Of a DNA stretch of 51,465 nucleotides, positions 44,192 to 51,465 are shown piece by piece. Positions within the stretch are counted from its first letter, which is position 1; each line of letters begins with the position of its first letter. Both the position numbers and the translations under genes were made by a program. Under the pieces are notes generated by a model. It saw nothing but the letters and a program-made list of their open reading frames with translations. It was not told the DNA's origin and searched no databases. This DNA comes from a virus, in the UHGV virus genome UHGV-0241168; one strand, given 5' to 3'.

Positions 44192-44736
44192 TCCTCGCAC
44201 CACCAAATATCAGCCGTTTTCACGCCCAAAGATAAAGCCTCCTGGTGACCTTGTACCGCAATGTCCAGCCTGTTTCCCCGGATAGCAGGGCCGGTATCGT
44301 CCGCCCGCAGATACAGCATTTCGCCATTGTGCTCGATCATGATGGTGCTGCCCAGCGGAATCACGGCAGGGTCCACAGCGCAGCTCACATACGGAGTCAC
44401 GCGCCGTCCGCTGGCCGTGATGCCGGAGCCTGTCCCGCAGATGTGGGGCCGTTCCTCGCAGCAGTAGAAGGTGATCGTCACGTCCTCCAGCTTGGTTGAG
44501 CGGGCCAACAGCGCGGCCTCAATAAGCTCATTCTCTGCGGCCTCCAGCTCGTCCAACGTGATCTCCGGCATGGTGGCTTTTGTGTGCTCTGGGCGCGGAG
44601 GCTTGGCATCCACATTCATCGCCAGGAATCCAATTAACCAGATTGCCAGAAGCCCGACGAAGCAAAGATATGTAAGAATCCGCAGCGTTCGATTACTGCG
44701 CCGCCGTCGTTCCTCGCGGGTAAGCCGTCGCTTCAT
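44188..44736 (-). CDS. Membrane-anchored 3D-domain protein
   Basis: N-terminal TM; ITASG, AVDPAVIPLGS, ADDTG.AI.GNRLDI. Confidence 0.85.
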   Translation of the reverse strand: MKRRLTREERRRRSNRTLRILTYLCFVGLLAIWLIGFLAMNVDAKPPRPEHTKATMPEITLDELEAAENELIEAALLARSTKLEDVTITFYCCEERPHICGTGSGITASGRRVTPYVSCAVDPAVIPLGSTIMIEHNGEMLYLRADDTGPAIRGNRLDIAVQGHQEALSLGVKTADIWWCEE

Positions 44737-44839
44737 ACCCGCCCCTCCAGCTTGTCCACCACCCAGAAAAGGCCTCTGGTAAATGTGCATACTCCCAGCA
44801 CCACAAAGAAAAATGTTAAATTGCTCATTGGCTTCTCCT

Positions 44840-45043
44840 TCAACACATCCATCTTGCCAAGCCAACCAGCGGTATAATGTATTTCCCACTGACTTTCTTA
44901 ACTGGAAATGTTTTGTCCTTTAAGATTGTGTGCCTGTCACAACCAAGCATTTCGCAACAGGCCTTAATATCTATCGCTACTTTTCCTGGAAATCTTTTCA
45001 CAAGATCATCGTACTGATCTCGGAATCCTTCTTTTTCTCGCAT
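44840..45043 (-). CDS. Excisionase-like HTH protein
   Basis: MREKEGFRDQ start after AAGGAGG; ACCEMLGCDRHT, KY.IP...LARWM. Confidence 0.65.
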   Translation of the reverse strand: MREKEGFRDQYDDLVKRFPGKVAIDIKACCEMLGCDRHTILKDKTFPVKKVSGKYIIPLVGLARWMC

Positions 45044-45054
45044 GAAAATCCTCC

Positions 45055-45158
45055 TTGCTTTTCCCCTTCGGAGGTTGTATAATGAGTTCAAAGGGGTTGT
45101 TTGTGCAGATTCAATCCCGGCCCTGTTCAATGTTATTAGCATTGGACGGGGCTCTTTT
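45055..45158 (+). ncRNA. Antisense small RNA unit 1
   Basis: TTGCTT-17-TATAAT, about 70 nt, hairpin 45120-45152 then TCTTTT. Confidence 0.6.
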
Positions 45159-45949
45159 CATAGGAGGTTTGGGAGCCTGTTTTCTTCCCGCTGTCCAAAG
45201 TTATATGCCAAAAGGATTTGTACGGCGTATTTCCTGGCTCCAGAAGTGCGGTCCGCCTGGGCGTCTCGAATAATTTCGGTTGGCGACTTTTTTGACAACT
45301 TCATGATGCAAACATCTTCTTTGTACTGTCCTTTATATGTCCTAACAAACAGCCCAAGCCCCCTCAATATTTGAGACTGTGACCCGCTGGGGTCTCCATT
45401 CCACGTGCCCTTGATAATCCGAATAAATGATGCGTAAAGATCGTTGTCGTTCATGGTGTTGTATTCGTTCCAGAGCGTACTAACAGCCACCACCGCATTC
45501 TTTGCTTTGTTCCCTGTCCAAGAAATTTCAAGGCCATTCTTTTCCGTAATTCTCTGAAAATCCACGGATTTTTGATCTCCATAATTTCCAAGAACCCTGA
45601 TTTTATCGGTAAGTGTAACTCTGCTGGTGGTTCCTCGCTGATTGATGAACATATTTGCCGCATCCATCTTAGTCATGCCGTTGTAAACTCTGCATTTTAC
45701 GCAGAGGTCTCGCCCGGCGTTTCTGGCCTTAAGAACTTTCATTGTCATTTGCCCGTCAAAGCAGTAATACTTTCCGTCAATGAGGGCAACACTGATCGGC
45801 TGAACAAGATTGGGGTCAAATGTCCTCATGATTTTGTTGAACTGTGCCCGACGGCGATTTACGTCACGCTGCCCAAGATCATCGACCAAAATATCTCGAG
45901 TATTGACATCTGCAATCTGATATTCAATTTTCTGTGCCACTCTCTTCAA
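45158..45949 (-). CDS. ParB/Srx-like (DUF6551-like) protein
   Basis: QR, FDPNLV.PI.V, Y..FDGQ motifs. Confidence 0.7.
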   Translation of the reverse strand: MKRVAQKIEYQIADVNTRDILVDDLGQRDVNRRRAQFNKIMRTFDPNLVQPISVALIDGKYYCFDGQMTMKVLKARNAGRDLCVKCRVYNGMTKMDAANMFINQRGTTSRVTLTDKIRVLGNYGDQKSVDFQRITEKNGLEISWTGNKAKNAVVAVSTLWNEYNTMNDNDLYASFIRIIKGTWNGDPSGSQSQILRGLGLFVRTYKGQYKEDVCIMKLSKKSPTEIIRDAQADRTSGARKYAVQILLAYNFGQREENRLPNLL

Positions 45950-46829
45950 TCCTCCTTATCATATTTTTGTATTTAGTTGCCACATCAATCACCCGATCGA
46001 TGGATTTAACTGCGGCTTTACGACCTTCTGCCGTATCTAAAATGTCCCGGTGAACCAAGACAAGATGCTGTTTCAATGCAAAATCAAGATTATTCGCAGC
46101 GGCATTGATTAGCTCTTCCAAATCACTAGGTAAAAACGGAGGGGCCTCCGCTTCTGGCTCCTTCTTTGGAATTGGACGAAGAATCGCTTTTGCGGTGTCC
46201 GTGTCCCCCTTCTTAATAGCCTCCACGGCCTCGCGTTTCTTTTCTTCCGGCGCATTACGGATTTCAGAGATAACGGACTTAGGGGCTTTTATTGTCCCTG
46301 ACAGAACAGCTTCTTTGATGCCAGGAGAAACCTTTTCGGCAGCGTCCAGTCCACGGCCAAACTCAACAGCCTTTTGAACTTCATATTGAGAAATGTTATG
46401 AGACTTCGCTATTGCAGCTCTTGTGTCTCCTTTTGCAATTTGATGGTTTTCATCTAATTGCTCTTTCTTCTCGTATTGGTTTGAGCCGTCTCCACCAACC
46501 GTCTTGCACTGGGCCTCGTACTCTTGAGATAGAAGGTAATTGCGCTGTTCCCTGGTAATATTCCGCCGTCCCAACTGGTTACGGCACATCCAAACAATAG
46601 CGGCCCACTTATCAGCGAAGTCCATCTGCTTCACCTTGAATGGAATCTCTGGATGCTTCTGGACAATTTTGTAACGGTGGTGGCCGTCAATGATAGTGTT
46701 GCGCCATACCACTAGCGGCTCCCGGACTTCTCCATCCTCCAAAATATTCTGCTCAAGTTTGGAGAACTCGTCCTCTGATAGAGGCGGTATTTTGTCCCGA
46801 AATTCCGGGTCGATGGTTAGTTGTCTCAC
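45924..46829 (-). CDS. ParB-like N-terminal domain protein with HTH
   Basis: IDPEF...IPPLS..E...LE..IL..G, IIDGHHRY, NQLGRRN. Confidence 0.8.
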   Translation of the reverse strand: MRQLTIDPEFRDKIPPLSEDEFSKLEQNILEDGEVREPLVVWRNTIIDGHHRYKIVQKHPEIPFKVKQMDFADKWAAIVWMCRNQLGRRNITREQRNYLLSQEYEAQCKTVGGDGSNQYEKKEQLDENHQIAKGDTRAAIAKSHNISQYEVQKAVEFGRGLDAAEKVSPGIKEAVLSGTIKAPKSVISEIRNAPEEKKREAVEAIKKGDTDTAKAILRPIPKKEPEAEAPPFLPSDLEELINAAANNLDFALKQHLVLVHRDILDTAEGRKAAVKSIDRVIDVATKYKNMIRRIEESGTEN

Positions 46830-46987
46830 ATCTCCTCCTTATTTGTATCTAAAATTTTAGTTGCCTTTCCAATCCGGATAGCCTCTTCAAAGGTCATTCC
46901 ATACGCTGCACGGTTGAGCTTGTCCATCAGGTGCTTCGTGTTTCGCGCCTGGGCTTCCAGGTCTTTGATACTGTCTTTTTCGTTCAC
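46826..46987 (-). CDS. Small hypothetical protein (53 aa)
   Basis: GTG start after AGGAGG; stop overlaps next start. Confidence 0.6.
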   Translation of the reverse strand: MNEKDSIKDLEAQARNTKHLMDKLNRAAYGMTFEEAIRIGKATKILDTNKEEM

Positions 46988-47005
46988 AAAAATATCCTCC
47001 TATTC

Positions 47006-47116
47006 TTGCCAGAGGCCGGAGGATGTGTTATACTGTCTCCGATACCTCGTAGCTGTGATACGTGGTGTCATGGGCTGTCCTCTGTTTCCGCCAGAGGCAG
47101 CCCGCTTTTTATTTTT
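47006..47116 (+). ncRNA. Antisense small RNA unit 2
   Basis: TTGCCA-17-TATACT with TG extension; hairpins 47041-47069 and 47072-47103; T-rich tail. Confidence 0.62.
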
Positions 47117-47531
47117 CGTCCACAATGATTGTCCCTGTGGTGTAATAAATCATGTGACGATTCCCGTCTTCATCATCGAATAAAATGTAACTCTCCCGGT
47201 CTGTTTCAACGTCAAACTTTCCCGAATACTCCTTGATAAGCTGACCGTTTATGTCGTAGACAGATACTGTCCTCTCAATCCCACCAGACAAATTGCTCTG
47301 CTGGTCTTTCAAAGCCCTATGTCCGCTCTCAGAATTAAGCCGATACCAGATATAGGCGCCACAAATCAGCGCAGTAATTAAAACTGTTGCCGCTGTTGCG
47401 ATTGAGAGTCCAATTTTCAAGCCCTTTTCGTATTGTTTATCAGTCGCTATTGCTCCCCGTAACAAAAATCCTGCGATAGATAGGCCGAAAACTCCTGTGA
47501 TAATAACGAATACCCATGCTCCGATTGTCAT
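47109..47531 (-). CDS. Membrane protein
   Basis: Two N-terminal TM segments, beta-rich C-terminus. Confidence 0.75.
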   Translation of the reverse strand: MTIGAWVFVIITGVFGLSIAGFLLRGAIATDKQYEKGLKIGLSIATAATVLITALICGAYIWYRLNSESGHRALKDQQSNLSGGIERTVSVYDINGQLIKEYSGKFDVETDRESYILFDDEDGNRHMIYYTTGTIIVDEK

Positions 47532-47627
47532 AGTTTATAAACCTCGCTTTTTTATTTTCCTAAAAATAGGTGCGCTGTTGTGCTCACTTACTTGCCATGG
47601 TAGAATGTGGGCGAAAGGGGTGTCTTT

Positions 47628-48308
47628 ATGGGTTATCTTTGTCCGTACTGTAATCACACTTGTTTTGACAATGGAGAAATCACAACAACTTACTATCCTT
47701 CACACGATAGCGCAGATTTGCCAGAAATGAGCGAAAAGGATGCTATAACCAATGCTGTTCAACTTGATTTCAGTACTTGTCCAAACTGTGGAAAAACCGC
47801 CATTAGGATGATTCCGTATTGGAAAAATGGAAATATGAAATTCAGTTTTTCCTACCCTCCAACTATGGCAATCCACCTCCCTGAATATATTCCAGAGGCA
47901 ATCCGTTCTGATTATGAAGAAGCTGTGTCCATAGTAGATCTAAGCCCAAAAGCGTCCGCTACATTGGCACGCCGCTGCTTACAGGGAATGATCCACGATT
48001 TTTGGAAGATTAAAGAGAAAAACTTAAATGCAGAAATCACAGCACTCAGAGGAAAAGTCTCTTCTTCCCAATGGAAAGCGATAGACGGGCTTCGCAAAAT
48101 CGGAAACATTGGGGCACATATGGAAAAAGATGTTCAACTGATTATTGATGTTGACCCAGGAGAAGCAAAAAAACTAATCAAGTTGATTGAACTTTTGATT
48201 GAAAAATGGTATATTTCCCGATATGATGAAGAACAACTTTTCGATGAAATATCAAGTATGGCTGATGAAAAAGAATCTAAACGAAACTTAGGACCCAGTG
48301 GCAAGTAA
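47628..48308 (+). CDS. DUF4145 (HEPN-like) domain moron
   Basis: Zn ribbon N-terminus; DYEEA, SPKASATLARRCLQ, LRKIGNIGAH; promoter TTGTGC-17-TAGAAT at 47578-47606. Confidence 0.85.
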   Translation: MGYLCPYCNHTCFDNGEITTTYYPSHDSADLPEMSEKDAITNAVQLDFSTCPNCGKTAIRMIPYWKNGNMKFSFSYPPTMAIHLPEYIPEAIRSDYEEAVSIVDLSPKASATLARRCLQGMIHDFWKIKEKNLNAEITALRGKVSSSQWKAIDGLRKIGNIGAHMEKDVQLIIDVDPGEAKKLIKLIELLIEKWYISRYDEEQLFDEISSMADEKESKRNLGPSGK

Positions 48309-48724
48309 TTCCCCTTCCAAACTCCAGTATCGTGTTTGGATTCTGCAAGGATCTTCTTCAGTCCCCCTCCCCTCCAAGGATTTTGTAACAATAACCTGAA
48401 TCACCTTTGCGCTGTCCGTCCCTCTGGGGCGGGCAGTTTTATTTCCTTCCATCCTCTCACCCCCTCACCATCCATAAGAAACGAATGTCATGTAAAAATG
48501 ATAGCCCACCCAAGCCACCATAGCGCCTCGTCATTCTCTTTCTCATATTTAAAATGGGTGGCGGCTGTTGCACATAAAATATAGATTATAAACACAATCG
48601 TTTTAAAAACCGACACTTCAATCTCCTGTCGCTCCCGTCATGCTGGTAATGCGGCGGGGCATCTTTATTTGGTTGTCCTCCCTGCTATGCCGTGCTATAC
48701 TGGCGGGGAAAGGAGGTGAATTTT

Positions 48725-48970
48725 ATGAGTTTCCCATCGTTCAAAGATTTTCGTGAAACACTTACAGAAGAACGATTATCAGAAATTTTTTCTGATATAT
48801 ACCGAATAGATGTCATTGAAATAAATGGATTGACGCCAGAAAACATAAATGCTTTTATTTCAAAGCTTAGATATGACACGATCGGTGCTTCTATTAGTGC
48901 GTCTCTCGATCTGCTTGAAGCCTATCATGAGTGGCTTTCACAAGAACTTTCGGGTCAATATCTACCTTGA
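48725..48970 (+). CDS. Small moron protein
   Basis: TTGTCC-17-TATACT promoter at 48673-48701, AAAGGAGGTG RBS; ends LLEAYHEWL. Confidence 0.75.
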   Translation: MSFPSFKDFRETLTEERLSEIFSDIYRIDVIEINGLTPENINAFISKLRYDTIGASISASLDLLEAYHEWLSQELSGQYLP

Positions 48971-49120
48971 TTTCTCCATTCCATCGCTGGCCCTGTAGTG
49001 CAAGTACAAGGTCAGCGATTTCTTTTGGCTCACCCGTAATTTTGATTTCTATTGGTTTCACCTCCACTCCACTCTATTTGCGTGTGCAGTTATTGTTGGC
49101 TTTGCTTCTGCTGCCCTCTA

Positions 49121-49345
49121 TCATTGGAGGACTTCCTTTTCTCCGTTGGTGCTGCTGTCTTCTGAAAGCAGCTCGTCCAGTGTTATGCCAAAAAAGTTAG
49201 ACACTGCTGTAGCTTTTTCAAGCGTTGGGCTTGATGTTGCCCATTTTGAAATAGTGCTATTGCCAAACCCCAGCCTTTTTTCAAGGCCAGATATTGTGAT
49301 TCCATGCTTCTTGCAAAGAATCTCAATATTTTTAGTAATCATCAT
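49121..49345 (-). CDS. Cro-like XRE repressor
   Basis: ITISGLEKRLGFGNSTISKW..SSPT; divergent from cI. Confidence 0.88.
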   Translation of the reverse strand: MMITKNIEILCKKHGITISGLEKRLGFGNSTISKWATSSPTLEKATAVSNFFGITLDELLSEDSSTNGEKEVLQ

Positions 49346-49355
49346 AACCTCCTTC

Positions 49356-49510
49356 TTGACAAACATGCGAAAATATTCTAAACTATTGCTGTCAACAAGC
49401 AGAATATTTTCTATTGCAACACCAAGACTCATGGTGTCTTTTGTGTTGCTCTCTATTTGCTATTATATGAATATTTTTGTAATTGTCAAGTATTTTTGAG
49501 AAAAGTTTCG
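49356..49510. promoter_or_regulatory. Genetic switch: face-to-face promoters and operators
   Basis: Plus TTGACA-17-TAAACT (49356-49384); minus TTGACA-16-TATAAT (49462-49489); related 12-mers at 49368, 49401, 49468, 49499. Confidence 0.7.
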
Positions 49511-49530
49511 TAATTCGAGGAGGTGGTTTT

Positions 49531-49869
49531 TTGTCACTACTTGAAAGAATAAGAGAACTGCGAGAAGCAAACGGAAACATATCAATTAACCGACTTGAAA
49601 AAGAGGCCGGATTAACACGGGGTTCTATGTCTAAATGGGATAACCATGCTCCTAGCTATGATAAGCTAAAAAAAGTAGCTGATTATTTTAATATTCCTGT
49701 TTCTGATTTGACAGAAGAACAAAAAGAAAATACCGCCCCCATTTCTGAGGACGGTAAAGCTGAAATCTTATCTATTTTTGATTCCTTATCTCTTGATAGG
49801 CGTTCCAAATTGATTGAACTGGCTCGTCTTTATTTAGCCGATCAGCGCAAAAGCGAAGAAATGAAATAA
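49531..49869 (+). CDS. CI-like XRE repressor lacking an S24 autopeptidase domain
   Basis: TTG start after GGAGGTGG; HTH N-terminus; short helical C-terminus; 112 aa. Confidence 0.88.
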   Translation: MSLLERIRELREANGNISINRLEKEAGLTRGSMSKWDNHAPSYDKLKKVADYFNIPVSDLTEEQKENTAPISEDGKAEILSIFDSLSLDRRSKLIELARLYLADQRKSEEMK

Positions 49870-49933
49870 AATCATTTTCATTATCGACTCTTTCGCAGAG
49901 CAATTCACCGCAGGTCATATCTCGTTCATCCAT
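49772..49933 (-). CDS. Putative SOS-induced antirepressor (53 aa) overlapping the cI 3' end
   Basis: Manual translation MDERDMTCGELLCERVDNENDFISFLRFCADRLNKDEPVQSIWNAYQEIRNQK; GAGGAGG RBS; own promoter and SOS box. Confidence 0.6.
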   Translation of the reverse strand: MDERDMTCGELLCERVDNENDFISFLRFCADRLNKDEPVQSIWNAYQEIRNQK

Positions 49934-49957
49934 ATTCCAGTTGCCCCTCCTCGTTCA

Positions 49958-50014
49958 AGAACATTTGTTCTAGTGATTTGATAATATCATAGCACCGAGG
50001 ATAATATAAGGCAA
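49958..50014 (-). promoter_or_regulatory. sigmaA promoter with LexA/DinR (SOS) box
   Basis: TTGCCT-17-TATGAT with TG extension; AGAACATTTGTTCT at 49958-49971 matches GAAC-N4-GTTC. Confidence 0.72.
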
Positions 50015-50111
50015 TCAGCAGATTTTCACAATTCTTTCCATTTATATTTTGTATTGACCTATATCTAGTGGTCTTTACTTTTATACCACAATTTTATTAA
50101 GGAGGCGCACA

Positions 50112-51155
50112 ATGCCAAAAATTCCAAAATATTATGTGCGTCCGGATGGTCTACATGAATCTATCTTGCGTATAAAAATGCCGGACGGAACAACGAAACG
50201 AAAGGCATTCCGTGGAAAGACGGATAAAGAGGTCTGGGAAAAGATTAAAGCATATAATCGAGATGTAGATAATCGCCCAACTTGTGTTCTGTTTAGTGTC
50301 TGTGCAGATTCTTGGTGGGATGAAATCGAACCAACTTTGGAACATAATACCGCGAAAAGTTATCGGCCAGCTCTTATGCGTGCAAGAGATCACTTTGGAA
50401 AATATCCAGCGGATCAAATAACAGCGCAGGATATTGATCGGTACATTAAAGATTTTTCGGTAACGAGAGCTCGAAAAACCGTCGTCACTCAGTTGCAAGT
50501 AATCCGGCAAATTATGCGGAAAGCGGAGGTCGATGGATATATCAAATATAATCCGGCTCAAGCTATTAAGCCTCCACGCAATTTACGGCAAAAGCGTCGC
50601 GATGCTCCTGATAAAAATCAGATAGCCCTCATAAAAGCTTCTACAGAGCTTCCATTTGGTCTTTTTGCCTATTTAATCTATCATACCGGGTGTCGTCGCG
50701 GAGAGGCGTTAGCGTTAACCGGAGGCGACATTGACAGAAAAAACAAATTAATACATATCACAAAATCAGTTTACTATATGGGCAACCAGCCACATATTAA
50801 ACAGCCGAAAACAGAAAAAGGATTCCGGGATGTTCCTTTGTTGGACGCATTAGATAAACTGCTCCCAAAACGACTCCCGAAAGGATATTTGTTTGCAGAG
50901 CCAGACGGTGGATTATTAACTAATGACCATTTTACTGTACTTTATAATAGGTATCGTGATGAATCCGGAGTAACCGTTACCCCACATCAAATTCGGCATG
51001 GCTACGCTACTGCTCTATTTGAAAATGGTATCGAGCCAAAAACTGCGCAAGTTCTTCTGGGGCACGCCCAGCTTTCTACCACGATGGACATCTATACACA
51101 TGTTTGCTCCGATATAATTGAAGAGGCAGCGAAGAAGATGAACGATGGATTTTAA
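50112..51155 (+). CDS. int: Tyrosine integrase
   Basis: HTGCRRGEAL (R), K in QPKT, HQIRH, LLGH, TMDIYTH. Confidence 0.95.
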   Translation: MPKIPKYYVRPDGLHESILRIKMPDGTTKRKAFRGKTDKEVWEKIKAYNRDVDNRPTCVLFSVCADSWWDEIEPTLEHNTAKSYRPALMRARDHFGKYPADQITAQDIDRYIKDFSVTRARKTVVTQLQVIRQIMRKAEVDGYIKYNPAQAIKPPRNLRQKRRDAPDKNQIALIKASTELPFGLFAYLIYHTGCRRGEALALTGGDIDRKNKLIHITKSVYYMGNQPHIKQPKTEKGFRDVPLLDALDKLLPKRLPKGYLFAEPDGGLLTNDHFTVLYNRYRDESGVTVTPHQIRHGYATALFENGIEPKTAQVLLGHAQLSTTMDIYTHVCSDIIEEAAKKMNDGF

Positions 51156-51239
51156 TCCTCGTTTTTTTGCACTTTTCTTGAACACAGAACAAAACACAAA
51201 AACAGGTTAATGTATTGAAAATCAAGAAAAGAAAAATGC

Positions 51240-51262
51240 TTCAAATCCCTCCTTCCGCGCCA
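51240..51262 (+). other. att core: 3' end of a tRNA (Ser-like)
   Basis: TTCAAATCCCTCCTTCCGCGCCA = T-loop, T-stem, acceptor strand, G-CCA; no 5' half present. Confidence 0.8.
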
Positions 51263-51266
51263 GAGC

Positions 51267-51315
51267 AAAAACCGTTGAATTGCTAGAAAACCTAGCATTT
51301 CCAACGGTTTTCTTC
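51267..51315 (+). terminator. Hairpin after the att core (replacement tRNA terminator)
   Basis: AAAAACCGTTG..TGCTAG/CTAGCA..CAACGGTTTTT. Confidence 0.6.
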
Positions 51316-51388
51316 TGCTTTGCGGTTGTTGAATTTTGATGTATTTGTGTGTATTTTTTTATACCTATGTACACAGAACGAACACAGC

Positions 51389-51419
51389 AAATCCCCGCCC
51401 TCATGAGAGAGCGGGGACT
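51389..51419 (-). terminator. Hairpin ending the post-lysis cassette
   Basis: TCCCCGCTCTC-TCAT-GAGGGCGGGGA right after the stop codons. Confidence 0.55.
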
Positions 51420-51423
51420 ATCA

Positions 51424-51465
51424 TCAGTGCTTCACGACAAACTCATAGTACCGAGCGAGTTTGTC
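51424..51465 (-). CDS. 3' end of the gene that starts at 441 (DKLARYYEFVVKH*)
   Basis: In-frame continuation across the window junction, followed by tandem TGA TGA. Confidence 0.8.
   Translation of the reverse strand, partial: DKLARYYEFVVKH

Larger units (their letters stand above)
1..51465. mobile_element. Complete temperate siphophage genome (circularly permuted, attP intact)
   Basis: Full set of lysogeny, replication, packaging, head, tail and lysis modules; the ORF leaving base 1 continues in frame at 51465; no host housekeeping genes. Confidence 0.92.

Noticed and set aside
51240..51262. Complete tRNA gene
   Set aside because: Only the 3' 23 nt are present; the upstream sequence is A-rich and cannot form the 5' half
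1..51465. CRISPR array, rRNA, IS element or stop-codon recoding
   Set aside because: No regularly spaced repeats, rRNA or transposase were seen; genes read normally in the standard code, with one isolated in-frame stop

Overview
The window is an apparently complete, circularly permuted 51,465-bp temperate siphophage genome. The ORF running off base 1 continues in frame at base 51465, and a tRNA-Ser-like att core flanked by arm-type repeats follows the integrase. The host is probably a Clostridia-class Firmicute (inferred from an SLH-bearing endolysin, a GAAC-N4-GTTC SOS box and sigmaA promoters). Almost all lytic genes are on the minus strand, in this order: cro and early genes, ParB-like pair, Sak3/YqaJ/SSB/initiator replication block, small accessory genes, late HTH regulator, an ~850-bp structured non-coding region with an atypical tRNA-Trp and two tRNA-like RNAs, BRO-N, terminase, portal, MuF-type minor capsid with an Ntox50-like toxin, capsid, tail, mosaic tail-fibre genes, lysis genes, then an HTH gene and an 8-gene post-lysis cassette of unknown function. 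The plus strand carries cI, integrase, six morons and two small antisense RNA units. The most notable unexplained features are an SOS-box-controlled 53-aa ORF overlapping the 3' end of a non-cleavable cI in antisense, the post-lysis low-complexity/Cys-rich cassette, the tRNA-mimic cluster, and a probable -1 frameshift extension of the major capsid protein. All product calls come from motif recognition and synteny by eye; no searches were run.
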